This document shows, piece by piece, positions 20,666 to 30,508 of a DNA stretch of 36,919 nt. Where the stretch lies: assembly GCA_013153235.1 (NCBI GenBank), contig JAADEU010000057.1, positions 1-36,919 on the forward strand, given 5' to 3'. This DNA comes from Aquificota bacterium. Lineage in GTDB: Bacteria; Aquificota; Aquificia; Aquificales; Hydrogenothermaceae. The notes below the pieces were generated by a model. It made no database searches. It saw only the letters and a list, made by a program, of their open reading frames with translations, and was not told the DNA's origin. Position 1 is the first letter of the stretch, and every line of letters begins with the position of its first letter. Both the position numbers and the translations under genes were made by a program.

Positions 20666-22606
20666 TCAGCCCAGTCTGATACCTGTGAGAATTCCAAATG
20701 GAACTGCAAGACCTGTGACAAATCCTGTTCCAGGCTTTAAAAACGGCAGAATCTCAAATATATCTTCCTTTGAATACTCAAAGAACGCAGAAACCGCCTC
20801 AAGGTCATTCCTGTTTATAAGCTTAAATACAGCCTGGGTGTTAAGCTGCGAAAGTATGTATTTACTGATATTGGCAGGCCTCTGGGTTATTGCTATAAGA
20901 CCCAGATTCAGTTTTCTACCCTCTGTTGCGATTTTTTTTGCAATTATGAATGCAGGGTTTGATGAGCCTGACTGTACATCACCAAAACCCTTCTCAGGTG
21001 CAAAATTCTGGGCCTCCTCAAGGACTATAACCCTCTTCTTTCTGTCTTTTTTGGCCTTTTTAAATATTTCCTTCATTATCAGACCTGCCAGATTTACCCT
21101 GGTTACCGGGTCCTCTATACTGCTGAAATTAAAAATTACAGGTACATTTTCTTTCCCGAGGAAATTAAATATCTCCTCTACAATTTCAGGATGTACGGAG
21201 AGGGCCTGTTTTGTGTAATCCATCTCTATCATCTGTATGAATGAGTCCAGTTCCTGTCTAAGCGGTCCCCTAAGGTCTGTCAGTTCCATAGCCCCAAGGA
21301 GAATTTCATACAGGGATTTTTCCCTTAAACCGGTTATCTGCAGGTCAGGTTTCAGATTTTTTCTCAGGTAAGCAGAAACCCTTTTTTCTTCCGAGCTTTT
21401 GTCCTGAAAAACAACACCGTACTCCCTGAACAGGTCCTTGATATTGTCAAAATGCACGGGAAAAAGCAGGTCCGGAAACTCAAGCCGGGCAGCATTTTTC
21501 AGACTGCCACCGTATTCCCCGTACAAATCAAATACATAAACGGTGATATCATCATAATCCAGATTTTCCAGAATTCTTCTGACAAATGTTGTTTTACCTG
21601 AACCGGTGGTGCCCAGAACAGCCATATGCATCGTGTATATCTTTTCCATATCGATGTAGGCATTCAGTCCGGTGTTATACAGATTACCGAATCTGACAGG
21701 CATTCCCATAGGATACCCTGCATGGTTTATTTTGAGGATATCCTGAATATCATCCTCACCTTCAAATCTGAATACCGGGCTGCCAACCCCAGGAGGTTCC
21801 ATAGGTGTCTTGAGGATACTTTCCCCGGTATTTTCAACGCTGTCTTTAAATCTTGCCAGAATTTCCAGACGGGCCACCCTGATTCCTGCATTTTTTTCAT
21901 TCAGATATGCAAACAGAAGTGCCTTTCTAAAAAAGGGGTCCCTGTCTGTTATGGCCATCTCCAGCTTCTGGGGCTCGGAAAAAATAGACCTGGATACGGT
22001 GGTAAAAATGGTTGAAAAGAGGGAGTCATTTATCTCCTTAACAACAGCCACACGCCCCAGGATAAATCCTTCACCATCAGGTATCTTCACATAGGTCTGC
22101 TCAGGAACAGACTCAAAAAGAAGAACCTCTGCAGATATTGCACTTTCTGCATTGAGTATTATCCCTGCAACGGGGAGATTCAGGTTTATTGAGGAGGATT
22201 TTATTTTTTCAAACTGGTCTATCAGTTTCTTGACCTCTTCCGGGGAATCAATAACAACAGCCGTTTCTATATTCCCGTCAATGTACAGTCCTGAAGAGGT
22301 TAAATTTGCAGAACCTATAACGGCGATTCTGTCGTCAACTATCACAAATTTTGAATGGATATCAGGATTGAGATAAATGGTGGCATCCAGTTCTTCAAGA
22401 ATTCTGAAAACATCCCTGTCTGTAATCAGGAAATCCTGAATCTGGGAGTTTCTTATAACAACCTCAATTTTGACCTTCTTCCCACCTATAAGCTCACTGA
22501 AAGGCTGGGCTTTAATCCAGGGAGATGAGATTTTTATGGACTTTTTTGCCGAGGAAAACAGCTTTTTCAGCCGGGGGAGAATCTCCTCTTTAGGAAGAAT
22601 TTCCAT
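20666..22606 (-). CDS. herA: PLD(HKD)-nuclease / HAS-barrel / HerA ATPase fusion protein
   Basis: N-terminal ISSPWI...HSKFVIVD...IGSANLT...NIE (single HKD), HAS-barrel-like middle (ILGRV...ARLEIL...PPGVGSPVF), HMAVLGTTGSGKT, FDLYGEY, IVLEEAQNF, EGRK, TQRP. Confidence 0.88.
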   Translation of the reverse strand: MEILPKEEILPRLKKLFSSAKKSIKISSPWIKAQPFSELIGGKKVKIEVVIRNSQIQDFLITDRDVFRILEELDATIYLNPDIHSKFVIVDDRIAVIGSANLTSSGLYIDGNIETAVVIDSPEEVKKLIDQFEKIKSSSINLNLPVAGIILNAESAISAEVLLFESVPEQTYVKIPDGEGFILGRVAVVKEINDSLFSTIFTTVSRSIFSEPQKLEMAITDRDPFFRKALLFAYLNEKNAGIRVARLEILARFKDSVENTGESILKTPMEPPGVGSPVFRFEGEDDIQDILKINHAGYPMGMPVRFGNLYNTGLNAYIDMEKIYTMHMAVLGTTGSGKTTFVRRILENLDYDDITVYVFDLYGEYGGSLKNAARLEFPDLLFPVHFDNIKDLFREYGVVFQDKSSEEKRVSAYLRKNLKPDLQITGLREKSLYEILLGAMELTDLRGPLRQELDSFIQMIEMDYTKQALSVHPEIVEEIFNFLGKENVPVIFNFSSIEDPVTRVNLAGLIMKEIFKKAKKDRKKRVIVLEEAQNFAPEKGFGDVQSGSSNPAFIIAKKIATEGRKLNLGLIAITQRPANISKYILSQLNTQAVFKLINRNDLEAVSAFFEYSKEDIFEILPFLKPGTGFVTGLAVPFGILTGIRLG

Positions 22607-22665
22607 TTTTAATCCTGTTTTTTATTTAAAGATGGTAAAGGGATGTGGAAAATTCAAGGGAGGGG

Positions 22666-22694
22666 GTCAGATAAGGAGAATCTCCCTATCTGAC
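22666..22694 (-). terminator. 13-bp hairpin spanning the rpmB stop codon
   Basis: Minus strand GTCAGATAGGGAG-ATT-CTCCTTATCTGAC (one G-U pair); not followed immediately by a U-tract. Confidence 0.5.
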
Positions 22695-22880
22695 GGCTTT
22701 TTTAACCTTTCCTGCCTTGAGGCATTTGGCACATACGTAGATTCTCTTTGTAGAGCCGTCTGGCATAACAGCCTTAACCCTCTGGAGGTTAGGTCTCCAT
22801 ACCCTCTTTGTGGTTGTTGCAGAGTGTGCAACCCTGTTTCCATGGGCAGTTTTCTTTCCACATATCTGACAGACAGCCAT
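22686..22880 (-). CDS. rpmB: 50S ribosomal protein L28 (Zn-ribbon form)
   Basis: MAVCQICGKK...GNRVAHS...TKRVWRPNLQ...VCAKCLK; ATG 22880 with GGAGG. Confidence 0.97.
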   Translation of the reverse strand: MAVCQICGKKTAHGNRVAHSATTTKRVWRPNLQRVKAVMPDGSTKRIYVCAKCLKAGKVKKAVR

Positions 22881-22929
22881 TTTCTTCCTCCACAATTTGT
22901 TTAACGAAATAAATAATATACCACATATA

Positions 22930-24336
22930 TCAGTCTATATCCATCTTTCCAGGGTTAATCAAGTCTTTGGGGTCAAAAACCCTTTTTATACCCCTCATTA
23001 TTTCAAGCTCTTTAGGTTTAAACTGTTTTTTCATAAAAGGGGCCTTTGTTATACCAACACCATGTTCCCCGGTTATGGAACCTCCGTAGGAAAGGGCCAG
23101 TTCAAAAACCTCTTCCACAGCCTGTTCAGTTCTTTTCAGCTCATCTTCGTCTGAACCATCAATCATAAAGTTTGCGTGGACGTTACCGTCCCCTATGTGG
23201 CCGAAGTTTACCATTTTCAGATTGTACTTTCTGCCTATATCCCTGAGTTTTGGAAGGGCTTCTGGAAGGAAGCTTCTGGGGAAAACAATATCCTCGTTGA
23301 TTTTTACCCTCCCGAGTTTTGACACGGCAGGGGAGAGTGCCCTTCTTGCCTCCCACAGTTTGTCTGCTTCCTTAGGATTTCTGGCTATCTGGACCTTTGC
23401 TCCGTTTTTTTCACATATCCTTGCAACCTCTGTAATCTGGTCGTCTATCGCCTTTGGATGTCCATCAACCTCAATAAGGAGCAGAACCTCCGCATCCCTT
23501 GGAAGACCAAAATGTCCAAAATCTTCGACCGCATTTATTGCAAGTTTATCCATAAACTCCAGTGCTGATGGCTGTATACCTGCCTTGAAAATATCCTTGA
23601 CGGTTTTACCTACGGCAGCTATATCGGAGAATATTGCCATTGCTGTTTTGGCAGCCTGGGGTTTTGGAATCAGCTTTACCGTTATCTCAGTAAACAGTCC
23701 CAGCGTACCCTCACTGCCTATAAACAGTCTGGTGATGTCGTAACCTGCCACATCCTTGAGTGTAGGTCTTCCTGTGTGTATTATCTCCCCGGTGTGTATC
23801 ACCGTGTTTAGTTCCATTATGTACTCTCTGGTAACACCGTATTTGACACATCTTGGTCCACCGGCATTTTCAGCAACATTACCACCAAGTGTGCAGTATT
23901 TGTAACTTGCAGGGTCCGGTGGATAAAACAGCCCGACTTTTTCTACAGCCTTTTGAAGCCTGTAGGTTATAACACCTGGCTGTACCCTTGCAACGGCATT
24001 GTCCTCATCAATCTCAAGAATCCTGTCCATCTTTTCAAATGAAACGACAACTCCACCCTTTACAGGAAGAGCACCACCTGTGTATCCTGAACCTGCACCC
24101 CTCGGGGTAACAGGTATTCCTTCCTCGTAACATATTTGAACTATTTTCTGGACCTGTTCCTGATTCTCCGGTATTGCTACCACATCAGGCATCATCTTTA
24201 TCCGTGTGGCGTCGTATGAGTAGAGGAGCCTGTCCATGTCATCATCAAGACAGTTTTCTTCCCCTAATATCTCTTTTAATGCCCTTTTTACCCTGTCAGG
24301 AACTTTTATCCTCTCTTTCTGCTCCATATGAAACAT
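22930..24336 (-). CDS. glcD: FAD-linked oxidase, GlcD / D-lactate dehydrogenase family
   Basis: PRGAGSGYTGG, YPPDPAS, GGNVAENAGG, GSEGTLG, GHIGDGNVH, GEHGVG, FDPKDLINPGK. Confidence 0.88.
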   Translation of the reverse strand: MFHMEQKERIKVPDRVKRALKEILGEENCLDDDMDRLLYSYDATRIKMMPDVVAIPENQEQVQKIVQICYEEGIPVTPRGAGSGYTGGALPVKGGVVVSFEKMDRILEIDEDNAVARVQPGVITYRLQKAVEKVGLFYPPDPASYKYCTLGGNVAENAGGPRCVKYGVTREYIMELNTVIHTGEIIHTGRPTLKDVAGYDITRLFIGSEGTLGLFTEITVKLIPKPQAAKTAMAIFSDIAAVGKTVKDIFKAGIQPSALEFMDKLAINAVEDFGHFGLPRDAEVLLLIEVDGHPKAIDDQITEVARICEKNGAKVQIARNPKEADKLWEARRALSPAVSKLGRVKINEDIVFPRSFLPEALPKLRDIGRKYNLKMVNFGHIGDGNVHANFMIDGSDEDELKRTEQAVEEVFELALSYGGSITGEHGVGITKAPFMKKQFKPKELEIMRGIKRVFDPKDLINPGKMDID

Positions 24337-24372
24337 CTGCTTAACCTCACCATCTGGATGTTTTTATCTATA

Positions 24373-24460
24373 TTAACCTAAATCGGTTAAAAGTGTGATG
24401 ATAACCATCACAGGATGTCCAACCTATTGATATTTTAAAAAGGGTTATTGCCTTTTTAAA
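24373..24460. promoter_or_regulatory. Cluster of three inverted repeats (candidate operator sites) in the divergent glcD/rhodanese gap
   Basis: TTAACC-N6-GGTTAA (24373-24390); TGTGATG-N5-CATCACA (24394-24412); TTTAAAAAGG-N7-CCTTTTTAAA (24434-24460). Confidence 0.5.
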
Positions 24461-24582
24461 TAATCCCCCTCAGGATGGTGTCCCCCAGTGTCAGGAAACA
24501 GATTTGCCGGCAGATGGCCATTTGAAATAAACAGGAAAGATTTTAATATATGAATATATAAATATCGTCAGGAGGATGAAAG

Positions 24583-24933
24583 GTGTTTCTGGACAGGGAA
24601 ACCTACAAGAAAATCCATATCTCTGTTGAAGAGCTGAAGGAAAAAATCGATAAAGGAGAGGATTTTATACTCCTTGATGTGAGAGAACCACAGGAGTATG
24701 AGTTTTCAAGGATAAGGGAAAAGGAAGCAATGCTGGTACCTCTGATGAGACTGCCTTCCATTATAGGAAAGCTCCCCAAGGATAAACCCATTTATGTTAT
24801 ATGCAGAAGTGGAAACAGAAGCCTTCAGGCAACCCTGTGGCTGATGGAACACGGTTATGATAATGTAAAAAATGTTGAGGGAGGTATTCTCGCCTGGAGT
24901 GATTATATAGACCCTACCGTAAGGAAGTACTGA
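24583..24933 (+). CDS. Single-domain rhodanese (sulfurtransferase)
   Basis: LLDVREPQEY, active-site loop CRSGNRS, GGILAW; GTG start with AGGAGG. Confidence 0.93.
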   Translation: MFLDRETYKKIHISVEELKEKIDKGEDFILLDVREPQEYEFSRIREKEAMLVPLMRLPSIIGKLPKDKPIYVICRSGNRSLQATLWLMEHGYDNVKNVEGGILAWSDYIDPTVRKY

Positions 24934-24981
24934 TATATTCCCCCCTCCCTTCTTTTGTTACCTTCCGCTCCCTCCCGGGTT

Positions 24982-25926
24982 CTATACAATCGAAAGCATA
25001 AGGTCTAAAGGTTTTCTTGCCTTCTGGATAATATCTTCTGGGAGGGTTATTTCGTTGATTTCCTTTTCCAGAACCTCTGCGATTTTCTCAAGGGTATTCT
25101 TCTTCATGTCACAGCAGTGGACGGTCCCGCAGTAATCGGCATTTACAGGGAAAATGTAATTTTTGTCTGGATTAACCTTTTCAAGCCAGTGTTTCAGACC
25201 AACCTCCGTTCCTATAATCACATTTTTTGAGTCGCAGGTGGTTGCAAACTCTATTATCTGGGAGGTACTTCCAACAAAATCCGCTATCTTAACAGTTTCT
25301 GTATTACATTCAGGATGAACGGCAATTTTTGCATCAGGATATTTTTCCTTCAGCGCAAGAAGCTGGTCCGGTGTAAGATTGAAGTGGGGAGGACAGAATC
25401 CTTTCCAGAGGATAAATTCCTTTTCAGGAATCTGTCTGGCTATATACGAACCTAAAAACTGGTCAGGAACGAATATGATTTTTTTTGCATCCAGTTTTTT
25501 TATAACATTAACCGCATTCCTTGATGTAACAATAACATCAGAGACGGTTTTTACATCTGCATTAGTATTTACATAAGATACGACGATTGCATCCGGGTGT
25601 TCCTCCTTCAGTTTCAGAACACCTTCAACTGTGGCCATATCCGCCATAGGACAGCCACTTTCAGGATTTGGATGGAGGACCTTTTTTTCAGGATTGAGTA
25701 TCTTTGCCGTTTCTGCCATAAACCTTACACCAGCAAAAACAATTATGTCCGCATCTGTTTCCTGGGCCCTTCTTGCAAGCTCAAGGGAATCTCCAACCAC
25801 ATCGGCTATATCCTGAATCTCTCCCCTCTGGTAGTAGTGGGCAAGTATAACGGCGTTTTTCTTTTTTCTGAGCTGGTTTATCTTATCTATTACCTGCTGC
25901 TGTTTCTGGTCAATCACTGCTGTCAA
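24982..25926 (-). CDS. nadA: Quinolinate synthase
   Basis: ILAHYYQ, GDSLEL, GVRFMAE, GCPMA, YVNT, HPEC, GSTS, CCDMK. Confidence 0.97.
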   Translation of the reverse strand: MTAVIDQKQQQVIDKINQLRKKKNAVILAHYYQRGEIQDIADVVGDSLELARRAQETDADIIVFAGVRFMAETAKILNPEKKVLHPNPESGCPMADMATVEGVLKLKEEHPDAIVVSYVNTNADVKTVSDVIVTSRNAVNVIKKLDAKKIIFVPDQFLGSYIARQIPEKEFILWKGFCPPHFNLTPDQLLALKEKYPDAKIAVHPECNTETVKIADFVGSTSQIIEFATTCDSKNVIIGTEVGLKHWLEKVNPDKNYIFPVNADYCGTVHCCDMKKNTLEKIAEVLEKEINEITLPEDIIQKARKPLDLMLSIV

Positions 25927-25989
25927 CCTCTTCCTCCTGAAATAAAACAGTGTTTGATTTTTGGTAAATAAAATATATATAAATAACTG

Positions 25990-26955
25990 CTATTTTTCAA
26001 ACTTTTTTACCACTTCAAAGGCTTTTTCCGTTGGAATCCTGCCCCTGGGGGTTTTCTGGATGTATCCCTCCCTGATAAGGAAGGGTTCTATCACTTCCTC
26101 GATGGTGTTTTTACTTTCTGATAGCGCCGATGATATTGTGTTTAACCCAACAGGCTTTCCACCGTATCTATTAACAAGTATCTGCAGATACTTTCTGTCT
26201 GTGGGGTCAAGACCATTTTCATCAATTTCCAGAAAATCCAGGGCTTCCACAGCAGTTTCCCTGTCAACAGTTCCATTACCGTGGACAACGGCATAGTCGT
26301 GAACCCTTTTAAGTAGTCTGTTGGCTATTCTGGGGGTTCCTCTGGACCTTCTGGCAATCTCAAGGGCGGCTTCAGGGGAAATCTGAATCTGAAGAATTCC
26401 TGCAGACCTTAGGATTATCCTTTTCAAGGAGTGAATGTCGTAAAAATCCATACTGAGCAGGATTCCGAATCTGGACAGCAGGGGTGATGTGAGCATTCCG
26501 GCCCTTGTTGTTGCACCTATCAGCGTGAATTTTGGCAGGTCTATCCTTACACTCCTTGATGCACTGCCCTTACCTATAACAATATCAATCTTGAAATCTT
26601 CCATGGCAGGGTACAGGGTTTCTTCCACAGAGGGATTAAGCCTGTGTATCTCGTCGATAAACAGAATATCACCTTCTTCCAGTGATGAGAGTATCCCTGC
26701 AATATCTCCCTTTTTTTCAAGAAGCGGTCCTGAGGCAAACACAATATTTCTGCCAAGCTCAGATGCTATCAACTGGGCAAGGGTGGTTTTACCCAGTCCA
26801 GGAGGTCCACTTATAAGAACATGGTCCAGAATTTCCCCCTTTCTCTTTGCAGCCTCAATAAAGAGGGATATCTGCTCTTTTACCCTGTCCTGACCTATGT
26901 ACTCATCAAGGGATAAAGGCCTTAAAGTAAGCTCAAATGATGTATCTCCCTTCAC
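25990..26955 (-). CDS. ruvB: Holliday junction branch-migration helicase RuvB
   Basis: [52 protein letters not shown]. Confidence 0.99.
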   Translation of the reverse strand: MKGDTSFELTLRPLSLDEYIGQDRVKEQISLFIEAAKRKGEILDHVLISGPPGLGKTTLAQLIASELGRNIVFASGPLLEKKGDIAGILSSLEEGDILFIDEIHRLNPSVEETLYPAMEDFKIDIVIGKGSASRSVRIDLPKFTLIGATTRAGMLTSPLLSRFGILLSMDFYDIHSLKRIILRSAGILQIQISPEAALEIARRSRGTPRIANRLLKRVHDYAVVHGNGTVDRETAVEALDFLEIDENGLDPTDRKYLQILVNRYGGKPVGLNTISSALSESKNTIEEVIEPFLIREGYIQKTPRGRIPTEKAFEVVKKFEK

Positions 26956-27944
26956 CCTAAAACTCTCTTCAGTATAAATTCCTCTGAGGATTTATAAACA
27001 TCTGCAAAATTTACTTTCTGCTCTTTCTCAAGGGTATAAAGTTCCTTAATCATATCTACAAGCTGTCTTTTCGTCACATATGACGCCTGCTTCTGAATAC
27101 TGCCCTTCATGGCAGGGTGTTTTACGTTCATCTGATTAAAGGCTGCTTCAGGGGATTTACCCTTTTCCAGCAGTGTTTTAAAAAGAAGCAGCCTGTTTAT
27201 TTGTCCGAGGAGCAGCGACTGTATCTCAAATGGATGGTGGGTGGAGTTCACAAGCTGCCTGTATATCCTCATTGCAGATATGTCTTTTGCAAAAAATCTG
27301 TCCAGAAATGTGAACACATTTTCCCTGGGTTCAGGAACAACCACAGCATCAACATCTTCCTTTTCCACCGTTCCTTTATCTCCAATATACGTAAGGAGTT
27401 TTTCTATCTCCTGTTTTGCATAATAAAGGTCATTCTTCAGCTTCCCAACAAGGTGTTTGAGTGTATCCTCATCTATCTTTTTACCTGCCTTCTCAATCTT
27501 GTTTTTAACTGATATATAAAATGCCTTTGGGGTGAGTGGAGCAGAAATAACCACATCGGCGTTGCCTTTCAGACTTTTAAACGGTTCCCTTGCAGGGATT
27601 TTTTCCCCCTTCAGAAAGAGAAAAAGCCTGTCTGGAAGGGCTATATTTTTGACAAACTCACCGAAATCCTTTATCTCGTCCTTTGAAAGTTTAGACACAA
27701 ATGCCTCGAAAAACAGTATGACAGCCGTATTTCCTTCAGAAAAGAGAGATGAGCTTGAAAAAACTTCCTTTAGCTGGGAATACGTCAGCTCATCACCCCA
27801 CAGGATATGAATCTCACCTGTAGCCTTGATTTTCTCAACCAGCTGTTTTTTTAGAAACTCCTCTCCACCGTAAACGAGGACAACAGGTTTCAGGCTGTCC
27901 GGATTAAAACTTTTAATAAGCTGGACGATGCTTTTTTCTGCCAT
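26952..27944 (-). CDS. holA: DNA polymerase III delta subunit
   Basis: [20 protein letters not shown]; directly follows an lptE-like gene (conserved lptE-holA order). Confidence 0.85.
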   Translation of the reverse strand: MAEKSIVQLIKSFNPDSLKPVVLVYGGEEFLKKQLVEKIKATGEIHILWGDELTYSQLKEVFSSSSLFSEGNTAVILFFEAFVSKLSKDEIKDFGEFVKNIALPDRLFLFLKGEKIPAREPFKSLKGNADVVISAPLTPKAFYISVKNKIEKAGKKIDEDTLKHLVGKLKNDLYYAKQEIEKLLTYIGDKGTVEKEDVDAVVVPEPRENVFTFLDRFFAKDISAMRIYRQLVNSTHHPFEIQSLLLGQINRLLLFKTLLEKGKSPEAAFNQMNVKHPAMKGSIQKQASYVTKRQLVDMIKELYTLEKEQKVNFADVYKSSEEFILKRVLG

Positions 27945-28423
27945 TATTTTCCAGTTAATATAGAAAAAATTCTTACATTCACAAGTCTACCGATTTCTTC
28001 TATTGCATATCTCCGTTCAACATCCCCGGTAAGCCCTGTTCCTGTATACTGGGCCATTTCCTTGATGTCCTTCTGGAGCAGGGGTTCATTTTTTCTGTTT
28101 TCGATGGTAAATTTCAGGTCAACAGACACCTTATAAATACTTGCCCTCTGTGCAGGAGAGTATCCTATAGGCCTTATAACCAGTGATTTTACCCTGACCT
28201 CGATGAATCTCGTGGTTCTCCCTGAACACTCAAGGTCATTACCTGAGGATATCACCGCATCAGAAATGGCTCTTGTAAATACATCAAGGGCTGTTGCCTC
28301 AGCCCTGGGGAAGTAGATTTTTTTGATACAGTAAACCTCTCCCCCTTTTTTACTGTAATTAACAGATTTATACCCGCAGGAGAAAGAGATAAGCAGAAGA
28401 ACCACCGTTAACAGTCTGAGCAT
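27944..28423 (-). CDS. lptE: LPS assembly lipoprotein LptE-like
   Basis: Lipoprotein signal LLLISFS-CGY; size and position upstream of holA. Confidence 0.7.
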   Translation of the reverse strand: MLRLLTVVLLLISFSCGYKSVNYSKKGGEVYCIKKIYFPRAEATALDVFTRAISDAVISSGNDLECSGRTTRFIEVRVKSLVIRPIGYSPAQRASIYKVSVDLKFTIENRKNEPLLQKDIKEMAQYTGTGLTGDVERRYAIEEIGRLVNVRIFSILTGK

Positions 28424-28908
28424 CAGATAAACTTTTCCTCCAGTTTTTTCTCAACAAACGGGTGGACCATCTTTGACAGGTCCCCGTGGTGCGATGCCAC
28501 ATCCTTCACAATAGAAGAACTGATATGTATCAGCTCCTGGGAAGGCATCAGAAACAGCGTCTCAACCTTATCAAGGTTGTAGTTGGTCATGGCTATTTGC
28601 AGCTCGTACTCAAAGTCTGTAAACAGTCTCACACCTCTGACAATAATCTTTGTATTGTACTTTTTCATAAAGTTAACCAGCAGGCCATCAAAGGGTTCTA
28701 TTATCACCCTTTCTGCCCCAAAGTCCTTAACAGATTCCCGGAACATCTCAACCCTTTCCTCTACGGTGAAAAGGGGCCTTTTCTTTGGATTTCTTGCTAT
28801 CGCCACCACAACATACTCAAATATATTAAGGGCCCTTTTGACTATATCAAGATGACCGTAATGAACAGGGTCAAATGTCCCTGGATAAACGCATATCTTC
28901 GTTATCAT
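28423..28908 (-). CDS. coaD: Phosphopantetheine adenylyltransferase
   Basis: YPGTFDPVHYGHLDI, IVRGVR...DFEYE, ISSSIVK. Confidence 0.98.
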   Translation of the reverse strand: MITKICVYPGTFDPVHYGHLDIVKRALNIFEYVVVAIARNPKKRPLFTVEERVEMFRESVKDFGAERVIIEPFDGLLVNFMKKYNTKIIVRGVRLFTDFEYELQIAMTNYNLDKVETLFLMPSQELIHISSSIVKDVASHHGDLSKMVHPFVEKKLEEKFI

Positions 28909-29364
28909 TTACTTTCTCCAGAATGATAGTACTGTATCCCCGTATTTTCTCTCCTCATCTGCACCAAAACTCTTATCAGCCCTGTGCTCAAGAATAAATA
29001 CCCCTCCTTCTTTAAGGTTTCCAAGGGATAACTCTATTAATTTATTATAATGTCTGTAATCGTACGGAGGGTCGGCAAAAATAATATCAAAGGGCTCCCC
29101 TGTGTAATTTTTGAGAAATCTCAGTACATCCTGATTTATCACCTTCCAGTCTGTGGATTTTCCCTGGAGTTTCCTTTTTATATCCTGTGCCCTTCTGCGG
29201 TCCTTTTCCACAAAATAAACAGGCCGGGCCCCTTTCTCCAGTGCAGCCATACCCACCTGACCTGTTCCTGCAAACAGGTCCAGAAAGGATTCCCCGGTAA
29301 CATCAAAGAGGATGTTGAATAAAGCCTGTCTGACTTTTGCCGAAGTAGGTCTAAATCCCTTCAT
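28909..29364 (-). CDS. rsmD: 16S rRNA m2G966 methyltransferase RsmD
   Basis: RPTSAKVRQALFNIL, LDLFAGTG, FADPPY, KYGDT; rsmD-coaD synteny. Confidence 0.93.
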   Translation of the reverse strand: MKGFRPTSAKVRQALFNILFDVTGESFLDLFAGTGQVGMAALEKGARPVYFVEKDRRRAQDIKRKLQGKSTDWKVINQDVLRFLKNYTGEPFDIIFADPPYDYRHYNKLIELSLGNLKEGGVFILEHRADKSFGADEERKYGDTVLSFWRK

Positions 29365-29370
29365 AGGTTT

Positions 29371-29392
29371 ATGATATCAGATTTGTTATAAT
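29371..29392. promoter_or_regulatory. Back-to-back extended -10 elements of divergent operons
   Basis: Plus strand TGtTATAAT (29384-29392); minus strand TGaTATCAT (29379-29371), ending 6 nt before the rsmD ATG. Confidence 0.55.
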
Positions 29393-29418
29393 AAGAAAAA
29401 AGTGTCAGGCAGAAGAAG

Positions 29419-29988
29419 ATGAAAAGGTGGATTTTTTTATTGCTGGCAGCAGTAGTAGGGGTTTCTTACGGTAAAGAACCTGTTCAGATTTTTGAAAACG
29501 ATTACTATAACAGCCTGAAGGTCAGGTATGCAAAGGAGAAGTACAAGGCGGTTATGGTAGATGACGGAATACCGGCCCCCAGTTTCCAGCGCAGTATAGT
29601 GGACTTTGCTATTGGTCTGCTTGGTATCCAGTACAGGTTTGGTGGTGAATCCATATGGGGTATGGATTGTTCAGCATTTGTTCAGAAGGTTTATGCAATG
29701 GCAGGGATTGACCTTCCAAGAACAGCAAGATACCAGGCAAAATACGGTATGTACGTGAGCAGGGAGAATCTACAGCCAGGGGACCTTCTGTTTTTCAGGA
29801 CATACGCAAGATTCCCCTCCCATGTTGGAATTTACATAGGTGAAGGGAAGATGATTCATGCCTCCTCCGCAGGAAAGAGAATTATGATTTCAGATATAGA
29901 TAAGGACTTTTATCTGAGGAATTTTCTCTTTGCCAAGAGGCTGTTTCTCTACGACCCTGAGGAGATTATAGGTGAAGATGAAAAGTAG
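29419..29988 (+). CDS. NlpC/P60 (C40) peptidoglycan endopeptidase
   Basis: Signal peptide, YRFGG...MDCSAF, LPRTA, PGDLLFF, HVGIYIG...MIHASS. Confidence 0.95.
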   Translation: MKRWIFLLLAAVVGVSYGKEPVQIFENDYYNSLKVRYAKEKYKAVMVDDGIPAPSFQRSIVDFAIGLLGIQYRFGGESIWGMDCSAFVQKVYAMAGIDLPRTARYQAKYGMYVSRENLQPGDLLFFRTYARFPSHVGIYIGEGKMIHASSAGKRIMISDIDKDFYLRNFLFAKRLFLYDPEEIIGEDEK

Positions 29989-30508
29989 AAGTACCACAAT
30001 ACTTGTCGTAAGAAAGGACGGAAAAACAGTTATAGCCGGTGACGGACAGGTAACCCTCGGCCACAGCGTGATGAAGGCCTCGGCAAGAAAAATCAGAAAA
30101 CTACACGACGGTAAAGTTGTGGTGGGATTTGCAGGTTCTGCAGCAGACGGACTGGCACTGATGGAAAGACTTGAGGAGAAGCTCAATAAACACAGGGGGA
30201 ATCTCCTCAGGGCAGCTGTGGAACTTGCCAAGGACTGGAGAACAGACAAATACCTCAGGAGACTTGAGGCTGTTTTAATCGCAGCAGACAGGGATAATAT
30301 GTTTCTGATATCGGGAAACGGCGATGTTATTGAACCTGATGAGCCTGTTCTGGCTACAGGTTCAGGGGGTGATTTTGCAAGGTCAGCAGCCCTGGCACTT
30401 TACAGAAATACAGACATGTCTGCAAGGGAGATTGTCCAGCAGGCCATGGAAATAGCCTCCCAGATTTGTATTTACACAAATGACAATATAACTATAGAAG
30501 AGTTGTGA
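29978..30508 (+). CDS. hslV: ATP-dependent protease peptidase subunit HslV
   Basis: TTILVVRK...[37 protein letters not shown]; start ATG 29978 or GTG 29972. Confidence 0.98.
   Translation: MKSRSTTILVVRKDGKTVIAGDGQVTLGHSVMKASARKIRKLHDGKVVVGFAGSAADGLALMERLEEKLNKHRGNLLRAAVELAKDWRTDKYLRRLEAVLIAADRDNMFLISGNGDVIEPDEPVLATGSGGDFARSAALALYRNTDMSAREIVQQAMEIASQICIYTNDNITIEEL

Noticed and set aside
24934-24981. Pyrimidine-rich tract between convergent rhodanese and nadA (two GGGAGG on the minus strand)
   Set aside because: No stable hairpin and no convincing downstream ORF; function cannot be supported.
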